Of a stretch of DNA of 64,000 bases, positions 1-9,368 are shown piece after piece. The notes below the pieces were generated by a model that was not told the DNA's origin, made no database searches, and saw only the letters and a program-made list of their open reading frames with translations. Origin of the DNA: Alphaproteobacteria bacterium (GTDB lineage: Bacteria > Pseudomonadota > Alphaproteobacteria > SP197); NCBI GenBank assembly GCA_965228895.1, contig OZ245842.1, positions 1,760,001-1,824,000 on the forward strand, in the 5' to 3' direction. The position numbers were made by a program, and so were the translations under genes. Positions within the stretch are counted from its first letter, which is position 1; each line of letters starts with the position of its first letter.

Positions 1-1297
1 AGGGACGCATTTCCAACAGGTCGCCTTTGCGTTTACCGAGTTTCTCGACGACTGGACCTGTAAAGTCATCGTCAACGTCGATAACGGCTTCCTCGATCGG
101 TTCCATCAAGTCGCCGGTTCCCGGATCCTTGCGGTAGAGGACGCGGGGCCGGCCGATAGCGAGTTCGAAACCTTCCCGACGCATGGTCTCGATCAAGACA
201 CCGAGCTGCAGTTCGCCGCGCCCGGCGACCTCGAAGACCGTCTTGTCATCTGTCTGACGTACTTCGAGCGCGACGTTGCCTTCGGCTTCTCGCATCAGAC
301 GATCGTGGATCATGCGGCTGGTGACCTTGTCACCTTCCTTGCCGGCGAGCGGTGAATCGTTGATCGAGAATGTCATCGCGAGCGTCGGCGGGTCGATCGG
401 CTGAGCTTCGAAAGGTGTATCGACACTGGGGTCGCACAGCGTGTCGGCGACGCTGGCCTCGCCGAAACCGGCGAGCGCGACGATGTCGCCGGCTTCCGCC
501 TGATCGACGCCGACCCGCTCCAGACCGCGAAAGGCGAGGATCTTGCTGACCCGGCCTTGCTCGACCACCTTGCCGTCGCGCGACAATGCCTTGATCGAGG
601 CGTTGGCTTTAAGCGATCCCTGGGCGATACGCCCGGTGAGCAAGCGGCCCAGATAGGCGTCGGTCTCCAGGGTTGTCGCCAGCATGCGGAACGGTCCATC
701 CTGTTCGACGTCGGGTGCCGCGACATGTTCGACGATCAGGTCGAACAGGGGCGTCATGTCCTTGCGTTCGTCGCCTAGTTCGGCCACGGCCCAGCCGTGC
801 TTGGCCGAGGCATAAACGGAAGGGAAATCGAGTTGATCGTCGTTGGCGTCGAGGGCGGCAAACAGATCGAAGACCTCGTTCAGCACTTCCTGGGCCCGCT
901 CTTCGGGCTTGTCGACCTTGTTGATGACGACAATGGGTTTGAGACCCAGGCGCAATGCCTTGCCGACCACGAACTTGGTCTGCGGCATCGGGCCCTCGGC
1001 CGCATCGACCAGAACGCAAACGCCATCGACCATGCTGAGAATGCGCTCGACCTCGCCTCCGAAATCGGCATGGCCGGGCGTGTCGACGATGTTGATGCGT
1101 GTCGAGCCCCATTCGACGGACGTGCATTTGGCCAGGATCGTGATGCCGCGCTCACGTTCCAGGTCGTTGCTGTCCATCGCGCGTTCGGCCACCTGTTGGT
1201 TGGCGCGAAACGTGCCGCTTTGCTTCAAAAGCTCGTCCACCAGGGTCGTTTTGCCGTGGTCGACATGAGCGATGATGGCGATGTTCCTGAGGTCCAT
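1..1297 (-). CDS. typA: GTP-binding translational GTPase TypA/BipA (runs off the left edge)
   Basis: Manual translation from ATG at 1297: [21 protein letters not shown]...[11 protein letters not shown]...[14 protein letters not shown]...NKVD, the TypA G1-G4 motifs. Absent from the ORF track because there is no stop in the window. Confidence 0.96.
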   Translation of the reverse strand, partial: MDLRNIAIIAHVDHGKTTLVDELLKQSGTFRANQQVAERAMDSNDLERERGITILAKCTSVEWGSTRINIVDTPGHADFGGEVERILSMVDGVCVLVDAAEGPMPQTKFVVGKALRLGLKPIVVINKVDKPEERAQEVLNEVFDLFAALDANDDQLDFPSVYASAKHGWAVAELGDERKDMTPLFDLIVEHVAAPDVEQDGPFRMLATTLETDAYLGRLLTGRIAQGSLKANASIKALSRDGKVVEQGRVSKILAFRGLERVGVDQAEAGDIVALAGFGEASVADTLCDPSVDTPFEAQPIDPPTLAMTFSINDSPLAGKEGDKVTSRMIHDRLMREAEGNVALEVRQTDDKTVFEVAGRGELQLGVLIETMRREGFELAIGRPRVLYRKDPGTGDLMEPIEEAVIDVDDDFTGPVVEKLGKRKGDLLEMRP

Positions 1298-1520
1298 GCC
1301 GGATAAACCAGTTTAAGGATTGTCGGGGTGCGTCCCTATATCGTGCATGGTGGCCCCAGCACAAGGGGCGCGTAAGGTGTACCCCAATGAAATCCGGGGT
1401 TTGGCAGGGTCGAGCCGGGTGGCCGGTGGCCGGCACGGTCCTATCGCCAGGGTTGCATCGTCGGCCGCCGTCAGTGAGGTTATGGGTGCGGATCGGGCAA
1501 ACAGGCAAGACGAGCACCAC

Positions 1521-2378
1521 ATGACGCGGCTTTCCACGGGGGTCTTGACCGTGCTTGCGGTTGTCTGGCCGCTCATGGCCCACGCGCAGTCGGGCGAGGA
1601 CAACACCGAGGTCACTGTCAACTACGTCTACGCCACGCAGTTGGGCATCGGGGGCTATGAGGTCGGCGGCCTGGATGTTCAGGTCTTTACCCTGCCGCTG
1701 TCCAAGACATTCGAGTTGGATAGGCGAACCGATGTCGGGGATGGCGAGAGGCCATGGAAGCTGAAGGTCAAGGTGCCGGTCAGTTTGGGCCTTTATGAGT
1801 TCTCGGGAACGGACACCGATGATTCGGCGCTATCGGCAAACGTTGAGACCCTTGCCGTCATTCCAGGCGTTGAACTTCAGATCCCCATGACCCAGCAGTG
1901 GACGCTCAAGCCGTTTGTCGATGCCGGGTTGGGTCATGGTCTGTCGTCCGATGGCCGCGCCGCCTACATCTACACTGTTGGCGGTCGGAGCCTTGTCGAG
2001 TGGCCGGTCGGCGACTACACCCTGATGCTAGGCAATGGCCTGATCTACGCGGGCAACGCTGCGTTCGGCGACCGCGTCGAAGACTATACGGTCATAGAGA
2101 CCGGGTTTGGCGCGCGCCGTCCGGTCGGCTTCGAGATATGGGATATCGAGCCTGAAATCGGTGTCTACGGCATTCATTACTATTATCCCGAGCCCCTGGT
2201 CTTCAAACGGTTCCTTCAGGCGCCGCTTGAGGTCCGGAACCAGTTCGAACTTGCCATGACCGTGGGATCGGCGACGCCATTCGAGCTCGGGCCGATCACC
2301 GATCCGCGTATCGGTATCGGCTACATCTTCGGCGACGACCTGGAAGTCCTGCGTATCAGCTTCGGGTTTCCTTTCTAG
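1521..2378 (+). CDS. Exported hypothetical protein, probable outer-membrane beta-barrel
   Basis: ATG at 1521 gives a Sec signal (MTRLSTGVLTVLAVVWPLMAHA/Q). Alternating hydrophobic beta-strand pattern and C-terminal ISFGFPF with terminal Phe. Confidence 0.7.
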   Translation: MTRLSTGVLTVLAVVWPLMAHAQSGEDNTEVTVNYVYATQLGIGGYEVGGLDVQVFTLPLSKTFELDRRTDVGDGERPWKLKVKVPVSLGLYEFSGTDTDDSALSANVETLAVIPGVELQIPMTQQWTLKPFVDAGLGHGLSSDGRAAYIYTVGGRSLVEWPVGDYTLMLGNGLIYAGNAAFGDRVEDYTVIETGFGARRPVGFEIWDIEPEIGVYGIHYYYPEPLVFKRFLQAPLEVRNQFELAMTVGSATPFELGPITDPRIGIGYIFGDDLEVLRISFGFPF

Positions 2379-3007
2379 CTGCTTCGGCCCGCACTTTCGT
2401 GCAGAACCGGCGCGTATCCGGCGGCAAGCACCGCAACGGTTGATGCGGGTGTCAGCACGTCGACCTCCTGGTCCCCGATCGGTGCGGCGTCGGTGTATCC
2501 TTCGGGCGACCACGTCAGCAATCGCTCGCTGTGCACGAGGCCGGCGCCTTGACGCCCGCCGGGTAAGACCACCATCGTCCCATCCGGCAGACCCTTTGAG
2601 TTGGCGCGGTAGGTGACTTTGCTGCGGTCGCGCCTGGTGCGCTCACGGTGCATGACATCGTCCATTTCGACCGCCTTGGGCGGTGAGGCCAGGCCCTGCG
2701 CCAGTGCCCAGGCATGGCGGTAGCGGTTGTAGGGTTCGCGCCGGCACAAGGCACAGGGCCGATGGCCGGCCGCCAATGCGGTCGCCTCGTCCATGAAGAA
2801 GAGCTCGGTCCACACCCCCGGCTGCATGACCGGGCGCCACCATCCCTTGTAGGAAAGCTGGCAGGTTATCCAGGCGCGCAGGCGCCAGCGCCGGGTCGCG
2901 AGCTTGCCGGCCTCATCACAAAGACAGCCGCGGTTGCCCAAAAACATCCCGCGCGCCGGGTGATCAACTATCTCGCCGAATGGCGTCACGCGGTTTTGCA
3001 GCGGCAT
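2375..3007 (-). CDS. Conserved hypothetical protein with an Ada-like metal-binding motif
   Basis: MPLQNRVTPFG...GNRGCL...FFMDEATALAAGHRPCALCR; AGxRPCxxC resembles the Ada Zn-site half. Confidence 0.75.
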   Translation of the reverse strand: MPLQNRVTPFGEIVDHPARGMFLGNRGCLCDEAGKLATRRWRLRAWITCQLSYKGWWRPVMQPGVWTELFFMDEATALAAGHRPCALCRREPYNRYRHAWALAQGLASPPKAVEMDDVMHRERTRRDRSKVTYRANSKGLPDGTMVVLPGGRQGAGLVHSERLLTWSPEGYTDAAPIGDQEVDVLTPASTVAVLAAGYAPVLHESAGRSS

Positions 3008-3049
3008 CGCGGCACCTATGATGGTGTGAATTGGGAGGGATTCGGGGTC

Positions 3050-4837
3050 ATGTCGTTTCTTGTTATCGCCGCCATATTCCTAGCCGCCGCCATTGTTGCC
3101 GTGCCGCTGTCGAAACGGGTGGGTTTCGGCTCGGTGCTCGGATACCTGGCCGCCGGCGTGGTGATCGGCCCCTCTGCCCTCGGTCTGGTCACCAATGTTG
3201 ACGACATCCTGCACTTTGCCGAGTTCGGTGTCGTCCTGCTTCTTTTTGTCATCGGCCTGGAACTGCAGCCCTCGCGCCTGATGACCATGCGCAAGGCCGT
3301 GTTCGGCATGGGTGGCGCCCAGGTTTTGGTGACCGCCATCTTGTTGGCGGCGGTGGCGTTCGCCATGGGCTTGACCGTGGAGAGCGCGATCGTTGTCGGT
3401 CTGGCGCTGTCGCTTTCGTCGACCGCTTTCGCGCTCCAGATCCTCGCGGAGAAAGGACAGTTGGCGAGCGCCCATGGCCGATCGTCGTTCGCCATCCTGC
3501 TGTTCCAGGATCTCGCGGTGATCCCGATCCTGGCGCTCCTGCCACTGCTGGCGCCGGGTACCGGCGTTGACGATGGCGAACCCATCTGGATTACGGTGCC
3601 GCGGGCCATTGCCGTCATTGCGGCGGTCATCATCGGCGGCAAGTATCTTCTGCGCTATGTGTTGAGAACCGTCGCCTGGACAAAGGTGAACGAGGTCTTC
3701 ACGGCGACCGCGCTGCTGACCGTGATCGGTGTTGCCCTGATCATGGACATGATCGGTCTGTCGATGGCGCTGGGCGCTTTCCTGGCCGGTGTCCTGCTCG
3801 CCGAGTCCGAGTTCCGCCACGAACTCGAGGCCGATATCGAACCCTTCAAGGGGTTGTTGCTGGGTTTGTTTTTTATCGCCGTCGGCATGTCGGTCAATCT
3901 GAACCTGGTGGTCGAGCAACCCGGCCTGATCGTGCTGCTCGTTGTCGGGCTGATGGTGATCAAGTCGATCGTGCTGATCGGGGTTGGCCTCACCATGAAA
4001 CGTTCGCTTTCGACCTCGTTGATGCTCGCCGTGACGCTCAGCCAGGGCGGCGAGTTCGCGTTTGTCATCCTGGCGGTCGCGATTGGCGCCAACATCCTCG
4101 ATCCGGCGATCGCCGAACTGCTGATTGTCGTGGTGACGGTTTCCATGGGCGTGACGACGCTGTTGTTTGTCGTCAGCGATCAGATCAAGGCGCGCAAGGG
4201 GGGCGCCAAACCGGACGACTACGACACCGACATGCCGGATGAAAACCAGGTCTTGATCGCCGGCTTCGGGCGTTTCGCGCAGATTGTCGCGCGCACGCTA
4301 ATGGGCAAAAGGATTGGATTCACCGCGCTCGACAACAGCCCGGATCAGGTCAACTTTGTCCGCCGTTTTGGCAACAAGGTCTATTACGGCGACGCGTCAC
4401 GGCTGGAGCTGCTGCGCGCTGCCGGCGCCGAGAACGCGAAGGTCTTCGTGCTCGCCATCGATGACGTCGAAGCGTCGCTCAGGACCGCCGAGGCGGTCAT
4501 TCGCCACTATCCGCATTTGAGAATCCTGGCGCGCGCCCATGATCGCCAGCACGCCTACCGGCTGATGGACCTCGGCATCGAGGATATCGTGCGCGACACC
4601 TTCTATTCCGGTCTGGAGATGGCGAATATGACGCTGCGAGGCCTGGGCCTGTCGAGTTCCGAAGCGCGGCGTGCTGTCGAGACATTCAGGGATCACGACG
4701 TCGAGCGGCTCTATGCCCACCACGACATCTACCGCGACGATGAAAAGATGGCGCAGGCGGCCCAAGATTGGGCCAAGGAGCTGGAAGAACTGTTCGATCA
4801 GGACGAGGCGGACCGCGAACGCCAGGCGGCGGACTAA
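3050..4837 (+). CDS. kefC: CPA2 family K+/H+ antiporter with C-terminal KTN/RCK domain (KefB/KefC-like)
   Basis: AEFGVVLLLFVIGLELQPSRL, ILLFQD, FRHELEADIEPFKGLLLGLFF, QGGEFAFV, GFGRF and YYGDASR motifs; ATG at 3050. Confidence 0.9.
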   Translation: MSFLVIAAIFLAAAIVAVPLSKRVGFGSVLGYLAAGVVIGPSALGLVTNVDDILHFAEFGVVLLLFVIGLELQPSRLMTMRKAVFGMGGAQVLVTAILLAAVAFAMGLTVESAIVVGLALSLSSTAFALQILAEKGQLASAHGRSSFAILLFQDLAVIPILALLPLLAPGTGVDDGEPIWITVPRAIAVIAAVIIGGKYLLRYVLRTVAWTKVNEVFTATALLTVIGVALIMDMIGLSMALGAFLAGVLLAESEFRHELEADIEPFKGLLLGLFFIAVGMSVNLNLVVEQPGLIVLLVVGLMVIKSIVLIGVGLTMKRSLSTSLMLAVTLSQGGEFAFVILAVAIGANILDPAIAELLIVVVTVSMGVTTLLFVVSDQIKARKGGAKPDDYDTDMPDENQVLIAGFGRFAQIVARTLMGKRIGFTALDNSPDQVNFVRRFGNKVYYGDASRLELLRAAGAENAKVFVLAIDDVEASLRTAEAVIRHYPHLRILARAHDRQHAYRLMDLGIEDIVRDTFYSGLEMANMTLRGLGLSSSEARRAVETFRDHDVERLYAHHDIYRDDEKMAQAAQDWAKELEELFDQDEADRERQAAD

Positions 4838-4843
4838 GCCCGG

Positions 4844-5671
4844 CTAACTGTTGCGATTGAGGATTGTGTCGAGAGCGGCGTCGGCATCCACGTCGAGCAG
4901 GCCAAGATTGATCGCGACCTCGCCGCCGCCGTCGACGTTGAGTTCCGTGCCGTTGATCCAGCCGGCGTCTTCCGACAGCAGGAAACAGATCGCCGGTGCG
5001 ATTTCGTCGGGGCGGCCGTCGCGGCCGCCGGCCTGCGCCTTCAATCGATCGAGGATGGCGTTGTCCATGGTGCCGTAGAAGTCATCGAGGATCGGTGTCT
5101 CGACGGCGCCCGGATTGACCGCGTTGACGCGCACGCCGAAGGGCCGCGCCATCATCGACGCGACCTGCGAATAGACGATGACCGCCTCTTTGGAGAAGTT
5201 GTAGGCATCGGGACCCGACATCGGGTGGTCCCGGACCCACGTCAGACCTTCGTCAAAACTCTGCGCCGCCATGAGGTCGCGCAGTGTCTCCAGATTGGCG
5301 CGCCAGCCTGTGCCGGCACACGACGCAACGTTGACGACGCTGCCGCCCGGTTCCAGCCGCGGCACCGTGATCTCTGTCAGGCGACGCAGGCCGAGCAGGT
5401 TGACGCGCATGACGGTCTCGCCGTCGGCCGAGCCCGGCACACCGGCCACGTTGGCAAGGCCGTGAACCGGTCCATCGATCAAATCGGCCGCGCGATCGAT
5501 CGAACCGGAATCGATGAGATCGCAGGCGACGAATGTCATGGCGGATGATTGCGGGTCGCGCCGGTCCATTGCGACGACCTCCGCACCACGTTCGATCAGG
5601 AGGTCTGCGGTCGCACGCCCGATGCCCGACGATGCGCCGGTCACCACAATACGTTTGCCGTTGAGGTTCAT
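4844..5671 (-). CDS. Short-chain dehydrogenase (coniferyl-alcohol/3-alpha-HSD-like)
   Basis: TGASSGIG, NVAGVPG, YNFSK and NPGAVETPIL motifs; 4-nt overlap with the P450 stop. Confidence 0.88.
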   Translation of the reverse strand: MNLNGKRIVVTGASSGIGRATADLLIERGAEVVAMDRRDPQSSAMTFVACDLIDSGSIDRAADLIDGPVHGLANVAGVPGSADGETVMRVNLLGLRRLTEITVPRLEPGGSVVNVASCAGTGWRANLETLRDLMAAQSFDEGLTWVRDHPMSGPDAYNFSKEAVIVYSQVASMMARPFGVRVNAVNPGAVETPILDDFYGTMDNAILDRLKAQAGGRDGRPDEIAPAICFLLSEDAGWINGTELNVDGGGEVAINLGLLDVDADAALDTILNRNS

Positions 5672-6912
5672 GACGCCAGCTTGGTCGGGCTGTAGGTGCA
5701 GGGCAGGGCGCGCACGCCGTTGATGAACATGCCGGTGATCGGACGTTTGCTGTCGAGGTCGACGTTCAGGTCGGGCATGGTCTCGAACAACAGCTTGAAG
5801 AAATGATACATCTCGCGGCGCGCCAGATGCATGCCCAGACAGTGGTGCACGCCACCGCCGCCATAGCCGACGTGATCGTTGGGGTTGCGCCGGATGTCGA
5901 ACCGGTCGGGATCGTCAAACACGTCCTCGTCACGGTTGGCGGCGTTGTACCAGATGACAACCTTTTGGCCGGCTTCGATGGCTTGGCCGCCGATCTCGGT
6001 AGTGACCGCGACGGTACGGCCAAAGTGCACGACCGGGCTGGCGTAGCGCACGATTTCTTCAAGCGCGGAGGCCACCAGACCCTCGTAGTCCTGGCGCCAG
6101 TCGCGCCACTGATCGGGATGAGCGGCCAGAAACGTGATGCCCTGCGCAATCGAGCTTGCGGTTGTCTCGATTCCGGCGGTGATCAGAAGCTGAAAGTAAA
6201 TGCCGATATCGAAGTCGGTCAGTTTCTCACCATCAAGATCGGCGGCGACCAGGACGCTGATCAGGTCGTTACCGGGTGCCTTGCGCCGTGCTCTCGCCAA
6301 CTCTTCGCCATAGGCGTTCAAATCGAGAAATGCCTGATAGGAGTTGCCGAAGTCGCCGATCTCCGGGTCGCCGTGGCCAAGCGCGGTGATCGTCAGGTGT
6401 TGCAGGTGCGCGCGGTCTGCCTCCGGTACGTCCAGCATGTCACAGATCACGCCCATCGGCATTTGGTTGGCGATGTCGGCGGCGAAGTCGCAGGCGCCTT
6501 GTTCCGAGATCGAGCCGATCACCTCGCGTGCCCGCGATGCCATGCTGCCTTCGATCTCCTGCAGCATGCGCGGGGTGAAGATCTTCGCGACGATACGACG
6601 CAGTTTTGTGTGCAACGGGGGATCGCGGTTCAACATGCCGCCGACGATGTAGGCCTCGTCGTCGGACTCCGTAAACATGCCGGTGCCGTGACCGGAAACG
6701 AAACGCTTGGTATCCCGGCTGACGTCACGCACATCCTTGTGCCGTGTCAGCGACCAAAACCCTTCGCCGGTCGGCTTGCCATCGCTGTCGAACGCGGCCT
6801 GCCAGGCGACCGGGCGCTCGCGGCGAAACCGGGTAAACCAGTGGTCGCGATCGTCGCGTTGCCAGAATGCCATGTCGGCGAGATGGATATCGTCGAGAGA
6901 AAGCTGATCCAT
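5668..6912 (-). CDS. Cytochrome P450 (CYP124/125/142-like)
   Basis: DPPLHTKLR, I-helix AGIETT, EEIVR, ANRDE and heme motif GYGGGGVHHCLG; start MDQLSL at 6912. Confidence 0.93.
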   Translation of the reverse strand: MDQLSLDDIHLADMAFWQRDDRDHWFTRFRRERPVAWQAAFDSDGKPTGEGFWSLTRHKDVRDVSRDTKRFVSGHGTGMFTESDDEAYIVGGMLNRDPPLHTKLRRIVAKIFTPRMLQEIEGSMASRAREVIGSISEQGACDFAADIANQMPMGVICDMLDVPEADRAHLQHLTITALGHGDPEIGDFGNSYQAFLDLNAYGEELARARRKAPGNDLISVLVAADLDGEKLTDFDIGIYFQLLITAGIETTASSIAQGITFLAAHPDQWRDWRQDYEGLVASALEEIVRYASPVVHFGRTVAVTTEIGGQAIEAGQKVVIWYNAANRDEDVFDDPDRFDIRRNPNDHVGYGGGGVHHCLGMHLARREMYHFFKLLFETMPDLNVDLDSKRPITGMFINGVRALPCTYSPTKLAS

Positions 6913-6979
6913 AGCGGTTCGCTCCAGAGCCGTGCGACACAGCAAGTTTGGGGTGGTGTTACCGCCGGGTCAACGATTA

Positions 6980-6995
6980 TCTATCGATCGATAGA
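6980..6995. promoter_or_regulatory. Perfect 16-bp palindrome, probable TetR operator
   Basis: TCTATCGATCGATAGA equals its own reverse complement and lies in the AT-rich spacer between the divergent P450 and tetR genes. Confidence 0.75.
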
Positions 6996-7042
6996 AATTT
7001 ACTCTGGTATGGCAGCGGTTGCGGCTGTTAGGGTCGCTGACG

Positions 7043-7729
7043 ATGGATGAACCGAGCGATACCGCCAGCAGACGGACACGCGGCCGGCCGCGCGCCGAGC
7101 CGAAGGCCGGCGACACGCCGACCGAGGAGCAGATCCTGGAAGCGGCCGGTGAAGTCTTTGCCGAGTTCGGTTTCGCCGGCGCCTCTACCCGAGAAATCGC
7201 GCGCCGGGCAGGTCTGCGGCAGCCGTCGCTCTACCACTACTTTCCCAACAAAGCGGCGATGCTGACCGCCCTGATCGAGCAGGCGGGCGAGGGGTCGCTC
7301 GCCATCTTCCGAAAGATCGATGCTCTGCAGGCACCGGCGGCGGTCAAGCTTTACCGTGCGACCTATCTGGAGTCGCGCATGCTGGCTGGATGGCCGGACT
7401 ACCTGAAAGTCGTGTGCCAGCTTCCCGAGCTTAGGCAGCCGCGTCACGTCCACTTCATTGAGATTCGCGACCGCATCATCGCTTGGTACCAGAAGACCAT
7501 CGCTGACGGCGTTGCCGCCAGCGAGTTCCGCACGGTCGATCCGCTGTTTGTCGGCTGGCTGATCAACGGCGCCAACGAGGCGATCTTCGATCAGGCGCCG
7601 ATCACGCCGCGCCTGGAGCCCGACGCCCACGCACGGGCCGTCGCAAGTTTCGTGCTGTGCGCGGTGATCGGCGATCCCCGCCAGTTCGATTCAATCGTGG
7701 TTGCCGCAGACCTGATGGGCGCCGACTAG
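7043..7729 (+). CDS. TetR/AcrR family transcriptional regulator
   Basis: ILEAAGEVFAEFGFAGASTREIARRAGLRQPSLYHYFPNK helix-turn-helix; ATG at 7043. Confidence 0.93.
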   Translation: MDEPSDTASRRTRGRPRAEPKAGDTPTEEQILEAAGEVFAEFGFAGASTREIARRAGLRQPSLYHYFPNKAAMLTALIEQAGEGSLAIFRKIDALQAPAAVKLYRATYLESRMLAGWPDYLKVVCQLPELRQPRHVHFIEIRDRIIAWYQKTIADGVAASEFRTVDPLFVGWLINGANEAIFDQAPITPRLEPDAHARAVASFVLCAVIGDPRQFDSIVVAADLMGAD

Positions 7730-7738
7730 AAGTACCGC

Positions 7739-8071
7739 TCAGTAGCGGTGCTCGTCGCTGTCCTTGGCCATGATTTCGCGCACCTTGCGCTCTTCCCAGT
7801 CTTTCGACGTCCAGGGCAGGAAGCTGAAGGTGCTGGAGGCGTGGAAGGCGATCGCGATGCCCCAGCCCAGCAACACCCAATAGAACCAGACGCCGCCGCC
7901 GCTGAAGATGTCGATGAGAAACAGAATCGCGTTGACGACGAGGTAAACGGTCAGGTGGTGATAGAACCCCTTGATCTCTTCGACGCGTTTGCGCGCCCGT
8001 TTCTCGGCTTTGCGCAGCTGTTCGTCGGCTTCGCTTTCCGTTACGGCCGTTGCTGACGTCTCGTCGCTCAT
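7739..8071 (-). CDS. 2TM domain-containing membrane protein
   Basis: ARKRVEEIKGFYHHLTVYLVVN...WFYWVLLGWGIAIAFH...WEERKVREIM, the 2TM family pattern; GAGGGGA RBS upstream. Confidence 0.85.
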   Translation of the reverse strand: MSDETSATAVTESEADEQLRKAEKRARKRVEEIKGFYHHLTVYLVVNAILFLIDIFSGGGVWFYWVLLGWGIAIAFHASSTFSFLPWTSKDWEERKVREIMAKDSDEHRY

Positions 8072-8224
8072 AGACCTTCCCCTCGCTCTCCAATCTACCT
8101 AGCCGGCCGCCGGATCCTGCGCCGTGCCCGGGTCTGCAGACTCATGTGGTGACGACGGAAGCTCTGCCAAGGCCGGCCATCAATCCACAAAACTGTCGCC
8201 CGTCCTGTCGCCACAACGTTCCGG

Positions 8225-9076
8225 TCAAAGGTTCTTGAACTGCTGGTAGCCCGCAGGCAGGGGGATGCCGCGTTCCCGGGCTTCCTCATCCATTTCGTTG
8301 ACCAGGACGATCAACGCCTCTTCATAGGTGTCGACGATGTCGTCTCTGGCGATAGCGACGCGTTCGACACCCAGGCCACCTTCGACGGGGCCGCCGCCTT
8401 CCGGCGGTATCGAAACCTCGCCCAGTTCCAGATACCCGACGAGCGGGTAGTGGTGTTCCGATTCCAGCGGTGTGCCGGGCAGCGGATAGTGGAACGACAC
8501 CGTCGGCATGCCGGGTGCATGGGGATGCTCCGGCGGACGGAAATAGCCGGAGCCATCGCCTGACGCGACGGCTTCCTCCCATGGCCGGATCACCACCTGA
8601 TGGGGCCCGATGTCGAAGTCGTCGAGGTAGAGGCGCATGGGCTCGAACCGGTCGGTCGAGACCAGCACCAGCCGGTGCGGGTTGAGGCCGGATCCGTTGA
8701 CCAGGAAATCGAGCACCTGATGGAACACCTCGCCGGGATAGGCCGGGCGGGCGTTGTGGTAGCCGAGAATATGGAACCTGGGCAGCACGCCGACCTCGCC
8801 CCGGCGCGGAATGTCCTCAAGCCGTGCACACCCCTGCAGGCGGATGGTCTTGCCGCCGACGGCCGGTGACGGCAACTCGTCATAGCGGATGCCACCGTTG
8901 AAGTCGTAATCGGCGATCAGACCATGGGGCGGCAGCAACTCATAGCCCTTGCCCTCGAAATAGGTCACCGGCTCCGCCGCCGCGAAGATCTCTGCGGCAT
9001 GCGCGCTCTTGGTCAAGAGATACGGCGCGGCGACCGCAGCTGAGGCTTTAAGAAGGTCCCGTCGGCTTTGCGCCAT
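8225..9076 (-). CDS. Tat-signal protein with an alanyl-tRNA synthetase catalytic-domain-like fold
   Basis: MAQSRRDLLK...SAHA signal; colinear AlaRS-like motifs YFEGKGY, QGCAR, RFHILG, YLELGEV, EGGLGVERVA; GGGGA RBS before ATG 9076. Confidence 0.75.
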   Translation of the reverse strand: MAQSRRDLLKASAAVAAPYLLTKSAHAAEIFAAAEPVTYFEGKGYELLPPHGLIADYDFNGGIRYDELPSPAVGGKTIRLQGCARLEDIPRRGEVGVLPRFHILGYHNARPAYPGEVFHQVLDFLVNGSGLNPHRLVLVSTDRFEPMRLYLDDFDIGPHQVVIRPWEEAVASGDGSGYFRPPEHPHAPGMPTVSFHYPLPGTPLESEHHYPLVGYLELGEVSIPPEGGGPVEGGLGVERVAIARDDIVDTYEEALIVLVNEMDEEARERGIPLPAGYQQFKNL

Positions 9077-9368
9077 GGCGTTATCCCCGTCTGTTGCGTG
9101 AGGCCGTGCGTTCATTCGAAGACATAGCGCTCGACCTCACGTTGTCAACGCTGGCCCACGTGCTTCTCCAGCGTCTTTATGTGGCCTTGGAAGACACATG
9201 ATAGTAGCTTATCTTTCTTTTGAGAAAATCACGATAAGTCATTGTAGAAAAACAATAAAGTAGCCTTTCCTAAAGTGGGTTCTTCAGGGGGTCGCCATTG
9301 GGATTCGTCCCGGCGCAGCATGTTTGTTCGGTTGCGCAGGGCGCACCGAGGAAAACGAGGAGAAAGCC

